A DNA stretch of 64,000 bases from Phoronis australis (Eukaryota > Animalia > Phoronida): the NCBI GenBank assembly GCA_002633005.1, contig NMRA01000327.1, positions 133,632-197,631 of the forward strand, in the 5' to 3' direction. Below the pieces are notes generated by a model. It searched no databases and was not told the origin of the DNA. It was given only the letters and a program-made list of their open reading frames with translations. Shown one piece after another: positions 21,601-36,139 of this stretch; position 1 is the first letter of the stretch, and the number at the start of each line of letters is the position of its first letter. Made by a program: the position numbers and the translations under genes.

Positions 21601-24600
21601 TGTGCTAGTCTGAATATGTTAATCCTCCCCGTGATAATCCCATAGGTACGAAGTCGTGGTTTGTCAGTTCTAATGAGTTCATTCCCGTTTTTCGTTTGCT
21701 CGCCGTTTGGAATTACAATGCCAAACAAATATAGTGCTGTTACATTGTCTTTCTGCGTTCAGATTAACAAAGCGATACATGTGACATCATGTGACAACAT
21801 GCATTGGAAGTTGTTATGGACCACACTGTCTCCATGGAAACCAAAGATTCAAAATTACTGCTAGTCACTGACGTCCTCACTAAGGATAATCCAGGATAAG
21901 TGCGAAGCAGTTGAATATTTAAGGATTTCTTTAGTCGAGTTACTTGACACAATTTTGCCAGTTTTAACAATATATAGCAATACGGTTTGTCTAGTACTTA
22001 AATACTGTAACTGGACCTCTCAAATACAGTGCACACTGCAGTTCGTTTTTGTTATATATTAACAAACCAACGGTTTCATATTCTGAAATAAAACCTGTTA
22101 ATTGAGTTCATTTTAGGAAACACGTCAATTTACCGATATATTACCGGTGCAGGACAGATCTCTGTGAACATAGTAAATGGCCAAGTTCAGAAAAAGGTCC
22201 GTATGGGAACTAAGAAATCTGTGGAAAACAGACCTGAAACAGAAAATAACCAGAAAATCGTTAAATCCAAACGTGTTTGATATTTTGATTGAAATGTTCT
22301 GAGTTATCTCTAGCACTATGACACTGAACTGGCAGACTAACAAGTGTGAAGTGAAATGAAAAGTATCTAGAATCGACAGTGGATTGACATTTCGAAAAAT
22401 GGTTTGGATTCTCAAGTAGAAAAACAACAACTGTCAGCGTTTCGGCAAGTTACGAGTTCATTAGCACGAAGGGTTCATTTAATTAGCCATTTATCAAATC
22501 ACTTGTTTTCATCACGCCAAATTAAACGCTAGACACAATTCATATTCCAGGCGATAATTGGATAATAAATTCCCACATTGTAAATAACCGAAAAAATCGA
22601 ACTCATTGACAACTTAGTGCTGTCTGCTGCAAACCTGATTCGATTTCGGACCTAATTAATCAAATTAGTTAATTTGATTATCATGCTTCCTTGTTTTATG
22701 CAACCGAAGCGAGGATAATTTACACCGTGGTATTATTCGTTTAACTATTCAACATAAAGCTGTGATAAGGGTGCACCTTTCAGGGTCAAAGGCCTCGAAA
22801 TTTTATGACTTTGATCGATAGCTTGAGTGTTTGCTGCTCAGCGAGTATGTTTGGACGGGTTTATTTTCTTAGTGCGACTAAAGTCAACAGAATGCAGAAT
22901 TCAAATAAAAAACTCAGTTGTGACTGGCTAATAGTATATCTATGGTTTGTTTAACATATCTACTAGCTCGATTGTTTAAACTTTACTACCGTCAATACAC
23001 TATGTAGTTGGCTTTCTTTCCCTGCGCCATTTTAGAGAGCTGGAACTTGCAGAGCTAGAACTGTTTTACAGTCATTTCGACATCTTTTCACATATTTTTA
23101 GCACAAAGTCACTTTGAGATATCTAACCGTTGAAGCAGACGCGTATGACATTTCAATTTATCTTCGTCTGGTAAGTACAAAATTTTGATTTGGTGCGTTT
23201 TATTCGTGTCCTGTAGAACAATGGAACATCATTTGAAAAGGAATAAAGGCACTGCCTCTCTTCAGGAAATTCGTCACAAACAGTGGGGTGAATAGCATTT
23301 TTGATGTTGTTTTTATTGGTTTATTTGAAAAATCCTCCGTGCCACGTTTAAGCAAAAACGACCAGTGGGCGGAGACGAACAATGAATCATATCATCCGGA
23401 TATTAAAAGGGATTGTGGGATAGCTGAAGCAGCCATTACGAATGGCTTTCCGAACTTTTTCAAGGCTTAGTCTACCGTGGCAACCAATTGCAAAGACTCG
23501 TTCTACTTCAGTTGATCGCAAAGCAAAACATCATTGGCATTGCTCATAAAATATATAAATAATCGATGATTTCTAATCGATTCAATTAATAAAGTCTACA
23601 CTGCGATCTCTTTTCTCTATAAATAATATAAAATTATGAAACGATATGATTAAATGTATACAGCCCCAATTTCAAGGTTTGTCAATGGTTTGCCACGGCA
23701 CATTTTTGTGGAAATCTGGCTCATAAACGTCCAGTAAGGTGCGTCAGGTTTATTAACCTTTGGATTAAGCTACGGTAAAGCGTTGCTGTTGATTTCGCGA
23801 TGAATTTTATGGCTCCAATCCAGTGCACCCTGAACCGCTAGCTAGCAGCGATAAGTCGTGAAGAGATAACCCTTATCACTGCTTGAAGTTTATTAGAAAA
23901 CCTTGATCAATAAACCAATCGTCAACACACGATAGGAACTATCAAGCCTTTTTCTCGGTAGACACAATTTATTATCAAATGCGCATTCATTCGGCAAAAA
24001 TGGTTGACTGGCAAGCGACAAAGACTGAATGGCTGATTTAAAAAGCGCCAGCAACGGAAGTCCTAAAATCTTTACGATGACACACACATTCTTGAGCTCC
24101 AAACAGTGGAATCTATAATATAGGCCTAATTACTGTCCAAGTTACTATCCTAAAATCTAACAGATTTCAATGAACCAAACCAACGCATATTTTCAGATAT
24201 GTTTACAAAACGCGTGATACAAAAAGCTCACAATTACTTCTCCACAATATAAACATGTTTCCAGTAAGAGACGAGATCGTAAAATTATTTTGAAACACTG
24301 AATCCTTTGGCAAATTACTTGAAAGGTCACGTGACTTCAGCAATTCGCAAGCCCATTGTTTGAATATAATTGAGTAGTTAAACACTCGTTTGTCCAAGGC
24401 CTAGACTCATTTCCAAGATTAGACGAGTTTTTTAACAGAATCAATTATGGCCCATTAGTAAATGATTGCGCACTGGAGAATTATTTTACCTAACTTTTAT
24501 TCCTTAATCACACCAATAAACAAAATTACCTGAACTAGAAATCTACGTATTTTAATGACACAATCGCGGTTACTTCCCTTACACTCCTTGATTGTTTTCT

Positions 24601-25999
24601 GTGTTTCGAGAGCTCCTTGACATTTCTGTCTACTATATCGGTCCATTTCACATGAGTCACAGTTGCATCTGTATTTTGGGTTGTCACCTTAGGTTGTCAA
24701 CTAAAAACGTTCTGCTTGTTTGTCACAACTATTCAAGAAAGCGCAAACCATATCAGGGACTCTGCAAATATGTCCAATGGATAAACGCGACTTTGAGATT
24801 ACTTTAGCTGAAAGCTGTAGAAACGAAAGACATCGTTAACTGGCCCAGCGATTACTCGTTAAATTAAATGGTCACAACCCAAAAGCAATGAAACGTATTA
24901 TTTATCATTTCTTAACAGACTCATAAAAAGATGAACATCAGGGCACAACACTATTGGTCATTGAAATCTATTTGCAAGCTGTCTCCAACACAACTTCCAG
25001 ATACCTCATATGGTTATATTCGCTCAAAAAGGATACGTTTAGGAACGAAAAAGCATTAACCATATATCAATAAAGCATAAAAATATTTCCAGGTGATCAG
25101 TGCAATGGGCCCACATGCGAGGCCTGCGCTCGTCTGGTACAACGTGTATCAGACCGCCTGCAATTTTTTTTTTTTATAACGAGAAAGCATAACCCAAATA
25201 ATCTCATATCAGTCGGTTTCAGTTAGTTTTGCTCGTCTACAACTGCATGCATGCACTTTCAGCACCCATTGCCATTACGAGCGTCATACAGGCGCTCTTG
25301 TTTTGCTTGAATGGAACCAGATTAATTGTACTTGCTCAACAGTGGAAATTTCTCGCTGAGCCTGGTAAGCAGAAAATTAGTCGTGGCATAAAGCGAAAAA
25401 TAATGAATTTATTACAAATCCGGCATACCTGGGGAATAGAGTTTTATGTGGAAACTCTAGGGAAAATAGGTAATATAAAACAGTTTTTAATTAAGGCCAA
25501 CATTATAAGTCAGATGACGTGCCATGAGATGTCGGCGATCAATCTTGCATCCATTTTAGTGTTTTACATTCTTTAGTTAACGAGTTAATTCTAGATGCCT
25601 AGTAATCAAATGCCTTCTACCAACTCTTGAACAATGGCACCCGAGGCAGAATCGTTAAAACAATTGAGTCTATCAAAAGCAAATAATTACATTTTAATCA
25701 AACCGTAGAACTGACTAGATACACGCTTGTATTAGTCCATGCTCCTTCGAGGATTTTTTGCTAGCACTGATTTTTACGCACTTCTGGATTTCTATATTGA
25801 TTAGATGGTTGACTGCTTCTATAGACACAGTGCGTTCATATCTTTTTAATTTGTTTCTTCTTGATCAAAAGTTCTATATACTTTAGTAATCATAGTGTTG
25901 ACAAACTTGATTCTCAAATGTTTGTTTGCCCATCGTTATCATTGACAATAAATAAAGTAGTACTACAGAGTATACAAGCGGACACCAATAAAATCTAAA

Positions 26000-26096
26000 T
26001 ACATACACATTCATATATATATAAGCGCGCGCACACACACACACGCACACACGCACACTCGCACACACGCACACAATGACATATACATACACACAC
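26000..26096. repeat. Compound (TA)/(CG)/(CA) microsatellite
   Basis: Direct reading. Confidence 0.9.
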
Positions 26097-26479
26097 GTCT
26101 ACTTGTTGTATTGTCAACGTTTACATTTTGTGATTTATAAGTCATATTGTTTCATACTGATGAGGGCTCTGCCACATTTTAAGCAAAAAGGTATCACTGT
26201 TCTCAATCATTTAAAATAAATCAAGCTCTTTATTAGCTTTAACACCAGAAAATAAGGCTTATAATTATGAATAGTGTGTTTATCGTTAATAATTTTACTC
26301 GATTATTGCGACCATGAGCTTAAATGAAGACAAGTGTACTTATTATAGACTGTAATAAATAATTTCAGTTTAGTTTGTCCTATTGTTATTAATATCAATG
26401 TTGTAAGCATTGTGGCAAGTACTAACTCGCAACAAATTTGTTCTTTTTGTATAAACACAAGTTTTCATCACCGCCACCA

Positions 26480-26608
26480 CCATTATCGTTGCTCTTGTTG
26501 TTGTTGTTCTTCTTCTTCTTATTATTATTATTACTATTATTATTATTAATATTGTTGTTGTTATTATTATTATTAATTTATTTGTTATTATTATTTATCA
26601 TTATTATA
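26480..26608. repeat. Compound (TTG)/(TTC)/(TTA) microsatellite
   Basis: Direct reading; it is the source of the poly-Leu ORF 26438..26989. Confidence 0.9.
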
Positions 26609-27654
26609 AAAAGTGGCCTTATTGCTATTTATTTCAGTTTAGATTACTATCATAGCTTTTATAACTCGCATAAACGCTACTTTTTGGTCTGTAGCGTTTA
26701 TTCTTTGTTGTCAATGTTGTCATATACCCTTGCTATGAACAGACAACTTTATTTAACCGAGATGTGCTTATCAGCCACTTTTACTCACGTTGTTTTCAAA
26801 CACTCGCAATATTTGCATGATCCGAATTTAATCGAAAAATCAAATTATGCCTTGAAGTTTCCAACACATTTTGCCAACCCTAATCTCTTAAGCAAGTTCA
26901 AGTGTGTGCACAATGGCTTAAAACGTCTCACAAACGCCGGCAGAGAAAGTTCATATATTTTTCCTGAAATTTATTTCGTGGCAGGATGAGACAGTGAAAT
27001 AAATGTTAACTTATCCGAGCCGATCACAACAACACCCAACCTAGCTCTTGGCACCATGAGAACCACCCCGAGACTGTGTACTTAAAAGACTCGGTGTTTA
27101 TCGCTTTTACGAAACCAGTATTGCACGTCGATCATAACTCAATATACTTTCTAAACTTTGGGCATTTAATCAACTTGCTACTGTGACATTTCTACACATA
27201 TTGAAGGCTGAATACGAAATATAATGTAACAATTGTGAATATTCTCTGTCACTAATCTCAAAATTTAATCAAGTCGATATCAACCCGTATAGACATGTGC
27301 AACTAAGAACAGGTTTGTCGGCTGCTATAGTTCAGCACATACTTCTTATCTAACCCGTATTCACGCAACAACAGTCGTTGAGCTGTGTCGTTGGAAATGG
27401 TACCAGTATATATCCCGTGGCCATTTGCAGTAGAAATTAACAGGTATCGGTTTGGCCTTAGTTGATGTAATTACTACTGACGAAATTATTTAATATGAAT
27501 AGCTTATGTTATTAGCAGTAGTTAACGTTATGATTATGGTGAAGATTGTTTCACTAAATGTCTGGATAGGTAGGTTTGAATTGGTTGTAAACATGCCACT
27601 AATTTCAGAAGAGGTAGTTAATGTTTTTTGACGATTAAACAACAATGAAACGAT

Positions 27655-27803
27655 TGTGGTGATGGTGACATCGACGATGATGGTGATATGACGGTGACAG
27701 TGTTTATGGTGATGATGAAGATGACGATGATTGAAATGACGACGACGACGCCGACGATGACGCCGACAGCGACGACGATGACAACGATATGATAATGACG
27801 ATA
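27655..27803. repeat. Degenerate (GAT/GAC/GGT)n microsatellite
   Basis: Direct reading. Confidence 0.85.
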
Positions 27804-30800
27804 GACTTGTTATCTGGTTGACAGGAAGCCAAAATGTTCCAGTTGTATGTGGCTTTAGCTAGACTCATAACAGTTCTTATCAGATGACTTCCTCTCAGAT
27901 AAATAATCGTAGTTATGACAGTAACTACTATCTACGGGCACGAGGTTGTTCGTTTCCAGGTAATTTTAGTTGGAAATTGCGTTTGAATACTCCTGTGACT
28001 AATGATCAAGATGATTGGAAAAGACGGTCATTTACTGTGTCTCGTTTACTGCCGAAATACTTAAAACTGATCTTATTAGGAAATTATTCTCTGAAAACGA
28101 TTCGAACTTGATCATAATTGAGTAAAGGCATAATTATACCTGAGGTCACATTTTAGAAGAAGACTTACTACTAATTAGCAATTTTTCCGCAACAAAAAGT
28201 TAACACAGCGATAGAAATAAATAACCGAAAAGAGGCGATCGCGAAATGTCAGGTGCATGCCATAAATGTCATATTAAAATTGCTTCCTAGATAAGACGAT
28301 AATTACATAAAAATCTGAACTAAATGTCGTGTCCCGTATCATTAAAATCTTAGTCGCCACATAAATGTGTTGCTCGAGCAGGTGCCAGGAAAAACTACGA
28401 GATGATGTCTAAACGAGAGATGAGGGTGTGATTAAAACTGTCATGGTTACTAGATTATATTCTGATGCAGTTTCTGAACTTGACATTAGTGTTTTCAAAG
28501 TGCGACATTTACTTCATATCTGCAACACGTTTTACTAGTTTTACAACAATTTTCTCAGAAGCGTCGGGGGCCTGCTGTGCTCACGTGAATACAATACAAG
28601 TTGTGAAGGCATATTTGTTTGCAGACGACCAAAAACATCACGTGGCCAAAAAATCAATGCAATTTGTACGATAATCTTGATTGGAGTAAAACAATATAGA
28701 CATAATTGTTTAGTTCTCCTAATCGTGGAATATGTGTTTCAGTTCTTCCTCTTGCGATAAACCACACAGTAATCAAAACGTCGGTTATAACACATAACCA
28801 CTTTGAACACCTCACCATTACAACCATTAATATAAATTCACGAGTATGAATCAAGTATAGCTACGACCATAATGCAATTTGAGGACAGTAAATCATTTTA
28901 TGTACGTAATATTTCTCTTTTATCTAAAGGTCAAATTATTTGTCCATGCGCCGTGTATACCGCCCAGACGTCAACAATTATATATTCCGTCACAGATTCT
29001 CGATCATGAAGATGTCCTCAACTTATCAGTGAATGCTAACTGGCTTATCAGACAAACTGTTTGCTCATCTCAAGCCCAAATTCAATATTTAAAAACAATT
29101 TTGAGATTTTGAGCAAACTTTTTAATTCGAGTCTCGATGACAGGGCTTGTTTGATGTGTACATAAACTTCGGATAAGATAAAAAAATATTTGGCAGAATT
29201 GCAAATAATGAGTAGATCTATTGCCAACAATTATAATAATTTTAGTGAAGGAATTCCTTAGTGACTTATTAGTGATGTTTATTTATTGTGATTATATGTT
29301 ACGTTCACGCGTAAGGTACAATTTATTTTTCAAACTGGACTTAATATACACGTGCCCGACGTTTAAAAAGACATTGATTAAAAGTGCACATTTTGTTGCA
29401 GTTTCGCCTGCTAATATTCCTACCTTTTGACACACCAATTCTCAACATTAGTTCTGTATATTTACAAAATTTGAGTTTGGTATATTTTATACCGCAGAGT
29501 GAAGACAGACGCAAAATATTTCGATGACTCGCGCGACACCTGTCGAGTAGTCGCCAAACAATTATCGCTTTTGCTGTTCGCAGATAAAACGGGATTTTTT
29601 AGTGTCTTTTTCACCTAACGTGTTTCATTTTCCTTCATAGAATAATTCATCGGTGTTTGTCTGTAGAAATGCCATTGGCAAGTTTAATTCGCCTAAAATT
29701 CTCGCTTGTTTTAGTCGTTATTTCAATTTCATGTGCTGTTTATTATTGTGGCTACTGAAATTATTATATTATCACCTGCACAATGGAGTAAAAAGTGAAG
29801 ATATCGGTTGAGGATTAACGACGAAAAAATGCGAGTCGCATTCAACATTATACAGCCTGCTGACGGTAATAATACCCCGGCTTTTAGACGCGATCGTGTT
29901 CTATAAAGCAAATTGATTCAGAATTAATTGAGCAAAAAACATTCACTTCAACAAGCGACAGGTTGCAAATTTCAGGTAAAACTCAGTATCAAATAAAACT
30001 GTCCAAACCTATTTCAATAACATGCTATTCGAGATGGTATTGAAACCATAAAAATGTTCTCATTCAGACGGCGTAAAGAGGATTGGAATCACAACTGCGC
30101 CGACGGCAAAACAAGGGTTCTCACACCTTCCTATAATGCAAGTGAATAGTTTAGGTGTGTTAATTCAGTCATAGTGACATACCAGCCACGAAAACTTGGA
30201 GATGAGATTAAAGGGATTGTGGGTTGTGCTATGACAGGAAAGTTGAAATTAAAGTTGAATTTTTTATAAAATAAATTCGATTCATGCAGAAATCAAACAT
30301 TCATGTGCGATGGATTGGTGATTCATGTTATTCTACGTGTGTAAAATTTAATCGGTTCAATTTCGGAAACATTTCAGTTAGTTTACCAATTAAAAACAAT
30401 TCGTATTCTTCTCTTGAAGTGCGACAGCCAGTGCAAAATGACAAACTATGGTAAGATAAAGGTTGTGCAAATACTGCGGCAGATAAAATTCCTCTCCATT
30501 CCAAACAAATATTCTTGTGAGATAAATTTAATGCCTGTTCAGCGGTATTTAGACGAAGTAACGCTCTCTGGCAATAACCCGATGCTGGATTCTCACACTA
30601 AAACGAGGTCAACGTTTCAGAAACATCTCTTCTAGGGGGTGCGTTCAGATAATACGAGTGACTGAACAGGTAAAGCCAACTTCGTATTATCCGTGACTTT
30701 ATCCTTAGTGTCTCTGATACGCATGGTGTGCCCTGAGCCAAAAGTGCGAGTACGAGAATGGACTTTTGTTGCACTGCTCGGACCTTGGTCACTTTCCTAA

Positions 30801-33800
30801 CAGCGTGATCGTGTTAATGGCATTATGAGCTGCTTTTATACATGCTAAATACAACGAATCACAGATATAACGCATTTCAATTGCGAGCTAAGAAGACGAG
30901 TTCACCAAACAATCTATTTAACTCCGAAAAGTCACTGTAATTTGTGACAGATTTCAATTATTCACAAAACATGGTACGGCCAGTCAGTCCCATTCGTTCC
31001 AATTCTGCATTATTCAGTAATATGGCAGAGTCTACAGTGACACAATACTTGGGCTATTTTCATAACACACACAATAGAACGGTGTAAAAATAATATTTTG
31101 GCTACGAATTGTGGTCAGTGTTGACAAATGTCACCCTGAGAACATAATCGTGACAATAAGATAGGAAAACAGAATTTAATGAACTGCGACCACACAACAA
31201 GAGACGGAAGTGGATCGCTGTTCACCACAAGTGTCGCTTTAAACACCTGTAACTGAACACTTTAATTATAAGGTGGACCGACACAAGTGGGGAAATTTAT
31301 TTCAATTCTAGTGCCATTGGTGAATGTTCACTGTGTTTTTTTCTGAAAATGTTAACAATCTCCTCTTCAAGGAAGATTTACCGACCATAGTGTGGTTTTA
31401 GGAATGGCATCTAATACAAAATGCACAAAAAAAAATATTTTACATGTTCTAATGTCAATTACGCTGGACTGTTTAGAAAAGGGGTTTGCAATATTCCGGA
31501 ACTATTTCTTAATTACTGACGTACCTTTTTAAAGTACATGATGATATGTTCTACAATTTACAATGTTCACTGAGTAATAGACATGTCATTTGGAGCGAAC
31601 TGTGAATGGCTACCTCACAGGAAGTGGTTCGTTCACGTGATGAAAAAAGTGATGCTAAGTAATCCGATAAATATTGTTTGGCATATACAGATGAAGGGTG
31701 GTGAAGTGCGACACAAAAAAGTTTGAATAGGTAACTTTTTAAAATTAACTTTCAAAATAACTAAACGGATACACTACACTGCTAACATTCTGAAATGCCG
31801 CGAAATGCCGTGCCTATTTCAAGTCAACATTTATTGATGACTGGAAAGTTTTGCTCGATGCAAAACATTCTCAAATAATACGAAGATGCTTTTGAAAAGT
31901 TAGAGATTCATTAAGTCGTGTCTCGTGTTCGTAACTTAGACTCCTTGTCGAAGATAATCGCGTACCGTTTGACGGCTCAAGCACTCTCCAGAGTTGAGAC
32001 TGAGTTGTCCCACCGGCGGCCTGACGCCGACGGGCATCGTACGCCCTACAAGTGCGCCATTATCGGACGTGTTTTACTCTAAGCTTGTAATCTATACAGC
32101 GTTGTGTAAACTTTTGCCTTACTCAACATGTCGTCTTATACATACCCCTAAAGCTCATTACGACCTCGGTCGGCCTCAAAACTTCCGACATGTTCACCTT
32201 CTTCGCCATTCATTACACAATGTCGCTACGTTGTCGTTTAAAAGAAATTTTTTGATATTTCAAGTTAAAACTACGCATTTTTGTAGTGACTTAAAGTCAT
32301 GGTCATACATTCATAAAATAGATTTGAAATTGTATAAAATTGTTGTTTGCCAACTTTATTGAAGAAAATTTTCAATACATTTGTCTTTTCACTGTTCTCC
32401 ATTTTATTCTTGTATTTTTTATCACTGTAAAAGTGTTCCAAGTTCATGAAATACACTTTTGACAACCATCAATTTAAATTTAAAACTGTCATTTTTTCAG
32501 AAAAAAAGCACTTTATAGAAAGTAGCATGAACATAGCCCAAGTTAATCATTCTTTTTAATTCTTTAAAGCGTTATAACCAATCCCGATTTGAGATGGATT
32601 AGAAGATACGGTAATTTATTCAGGATTTTCAGGACAGTTTCATTTTTATTGTTGTAACCCTTGGTTACTTCTTTTACACCTCATTTTCTATTTCAGGCGC
32701 GCCCCTTCAAAGAGTCAAAGTCTCAAGTTTCATTCAACACACGGCGATTTACATTGTGCGGATTACAGCGTGACCATTAAAACGCCAGACCATTATCATC
32801 AGTCTTTCCACGGGATTAGTATGAACCTTTCGTGCATTTAGTTCAACAATTTAAATAACATCACATGCACACTTGCGGCAAGAAATAGAAAAGAAAAGAC
32901 ATGCAAACCCTTTATTTGATATTTTTATCATGAATACTTAGGTGAAACAACCAGCTTGTTAGTAAAATATTTATTTTTTGTGAATTAGTTCAAGTCACTG
33001 CAACAAGAAATATTAAAGTAAATGTTCATTGCTTGTAGTTCATGAAATTGTGAATATAATTGCGTATCATAATTACAGTGGTTCTCGTCATTTATTCGCA
33101 CACTGGTTTCATTATCGTACAATAATGGTGCTTGACGTCTAAACCAACAATTAGCTGTACATAATATTACTGGTCTAGCCATTACATCTTAACCTTCCCA
33201 AAGTAACCCACCAATGAAAAGATTTCAAAGTGAAAAGCTCTTTCATATCGGAAGTATCGGGTGTGTGCCAAAATATTTCGTCGATATTGACGTAAAGAAG
33301 TTATCATGTTTCCTTTATAATAACTGACAGATATCACACTATTCAAATACTCTATTTTTTATTAGAATTACTCAGCAATTTTAAGAGAATCGAAATTAAA
33401 GCAGTCACTCGGTAGTATGTCCGCAGCAATTATCTACGACCGTTCATTTTTCATTGCACTAAATTTGATAAACGAAATTCTTTAATTTGCCTTAAAAGAT
33501 GAAAAGCCCAAAATAAGTTAGATATAAATTAGAACAGAGCGTTTGCCTCTTAATGCTATTTCTTTAATTTTCCTGATAAAGAATTTCAGTCAATTTTAAC
33601 ATGAAATAGATTACGTATAAATGTCGACTGATGTGGATTCCAAAGACGTTGAATGACATAGCGTCATGCCGAAGTCTCAACAATACATACAAAAACAAGA
33701 TCGTCAACTCTCCATTCAGTTTGGACAATGATTTTGTCTATTAATATTTGTCACCGGGTTTAATATTCTGTTGGATTAGCGGTGAAAATAAATATAAACA

Positions 33801-34484
33801 GGACGTAAATATCAGTCATTTAATTTGCTTAAATTATTTAATTTATTTGCAAGTACACATGGAAATGCAAACACAAGCACACGCCAAATGTTTGCATCAG
33901 GTTGAAAATATATATAGAGTGTGCATCGCAAGAACATGGACATAGCTAACAGCTACGGTTATGTATTCTGTTTACCTGCACTGTTTACTACTGTTATGTG
34001 TACTTTCGAAACTGATAGCGTGTCAAGCTCTACCAAAGTAAAGATGATCATGAGACTTTGTCCTCGCGTATAATCAACTGGACTACCTGATCGAAATAAG
34101 CAAATTTACCTAAAATATCATCAACTGCTCTACAATTGTAGATGTGAAACTAGTGTCGTTTAGCAACTTCACTAAATCTACATCTCTTCAATTTATCACA
34201 AATTTAAGATAAATCCCAAAATAAAATTCCTACAGCTAATATTATTCTCTAGTATTTTCTTTCTAAATAGCAGATATGCATGAAATTTTGGATATGAAAA
34301 ATTAAGTCGTTGTCCAGTATCCTCTATTCTATAAGAGATGCTCTCTTAGTTTATAACACCTTTCTACTCAGATATATCCATCAGACATTATATCTGGAAA
34401 GCAAGTAAAGAGTACCAATTATATTAATAGCAATCTTGCAAATAAAATCAATAATATACATATCAATGTGGATAACAGCAGTAT

Positions 34485-34526
34485 AATATTAATACTACTA
34501 ATAATAATTATAATTATAATAATAAT
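34485..34526. repeat. (TAA)n microsatellite
   Basis: Direct reading. Confidence 0.85.
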
Positions 34527-35196
34527 GAGCTATAATGCATTTTAGAAAAACGCGAGTATCAAATACAAAACCTCCATTTCAAACTTCTCGACGGAAAGAG
34601 CGAGGAGTTAACTTACATCCCGAAAACAATATAAGCATAAAAATATATATAGCAGTTTTCTATTTTTGCGACAATAATTTCCGATTTTAAGAACAAATTT
34701 TGTTCTTGTTTTATTAAGTGGAATGAAGTAATAAAAAATTGGTTGCGTCTGATCGTCAGTAAAAGTTATTTACATTGCGAGCACCATGACAACTGGCGAC
34801 GCGACTCAACTATCCCGCCATGAAGTTGGCATTTTTGTTTACCGAGCCATTAAGCTAAGTTGGGCAAACTCAAATTTTGCACGATTTCAAGCCAAAAGTA
34901 CACACATTCATTTTGTGGTCGCCCAGCCTCGTCACGCCCATGTCACGGCGTTAATTCTAATCCTTTGCAATATTTGCAAACAATTTGTAATTCTCAGGTC
35001 TCGAGCCTTGAAAGGTCGATAATTAGGAAGTGTTCGGAGACTTCATGTCTGAAGGTATATTATTCGCCATCGATTGAAATATGTGGCCGCGAAACGATCA
35101 ACTGAAAATCATTAGACGGAATTTGGGGTCTCAGCTTGCAACATTATAATCGATGAAAAAATATTGCGACGCAAATTTTGAACACGTTCGAAACCG

Positions 35197-35323
35197 CAGG
35201 GGCGGATTCAGGATTTTGATTTAGTGGGGGCCAGGGCAGACATTTGCACACCCAAACTGCCAAATGGAATCTGGGAAAATTTTAGGGGGGCGGGTCATGG
35301 CCCCTTTGGCCCCCCTTCGTATC
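35197..35323. mobile_element. Truncated CAGGGGCGGA-type MITE
   Basis: Left end caggggcggattcagg; the interior is homologous to 36140..36290 (aactg(c/g)caaatg(g/c)aatctggga(a/g)aattttaggggggg...cccc(t)tggcccccc). The right TIR is cut off after cgtatc. Confidence 0.75.
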
Positions 35324-36139
35324 AAAGTTCAATATGCATGCGTTGTCACAAAAAGACGACACCTGGTGGTATTGCATAATACTTTGCGAAAGTTAAAGTG
35401 GTCGACGCAGAATATTTTTAAAAACAGAGAGACTCCTATAAACAATACAAAAAGAAATAAAAGTACATTCTTTTCGTACCCATGATCTGCGATTTGCCAA
35501 AACACAGTTAATCCAGCCACAGACAAGCAGAGGCCGTTTGTTTACCTTATTGCAATTAAGGTAACTCACTTATGCCATCAAAATTATTTATACTCGCGCA
35601 ACTATACAATGGTCACGAGCCTCTGGTAGCCCTGAAAAAATAGCCACATGTGTATTTTAATTAAAAGGTTAGGAAATTCACACACACTGCATTTTACTCG
35701 AACTTCATTCTTGCTAGGAAAAAGAATCAATGTCGCTTTCAATCTAACAATAAATAAATGTTTACTTCATTTTGGGCCCACAGGCAACTTTCCACGGCGA
35801 GTATATTGAATGCCACGAGCGATTGATTGTAAAAAGAACGGTTTCCTGCAAATATTTTCTATTGCAAAAATCAATTTGAATTCCGTTTTTGGAATACAAT
35901 ATACTTTAGCATTTTGGAACGTTGACAGGCAAGCATTTTTTTATTACTATCAATGTCACAAAGTGGCGGAAACACTCTTTCTGTCATCCAAACTAACTTT
36001 TGATTAAGGCAACTTCCCCTATAAATCAGGTGAGATAACCTTTAAAGCCAACGCGCAACAGACTAAGTAACAATTTTACGTTTGAAATACATGTACTTTG
36101 AGCAATAAAATGCATTTCATCTATTATGGGTGTGCTTTA

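Noticed and set aside
26438-26989. 183-aa hydrophobic ORF as a membrane protein
   Set aside because: The poly-Leu/Phe run is the translation of a (TTG/TTC/TTA)n microsatellite, and the start is non-ATG.
27655-27803. Acidic poly-Asp exon
   Set aside because: A GAT/GAC microsatellite with stops and frame slips, and no convincing splice context.
31265-32560. Old DNA transposon remnant (also ~9200-9500 and ~57700-58323)
   Set aside because: The texture resembles transposon subterminal DNA, but I could not pair termini or find a TSD or coding remnant, so it is not reported as a feature.
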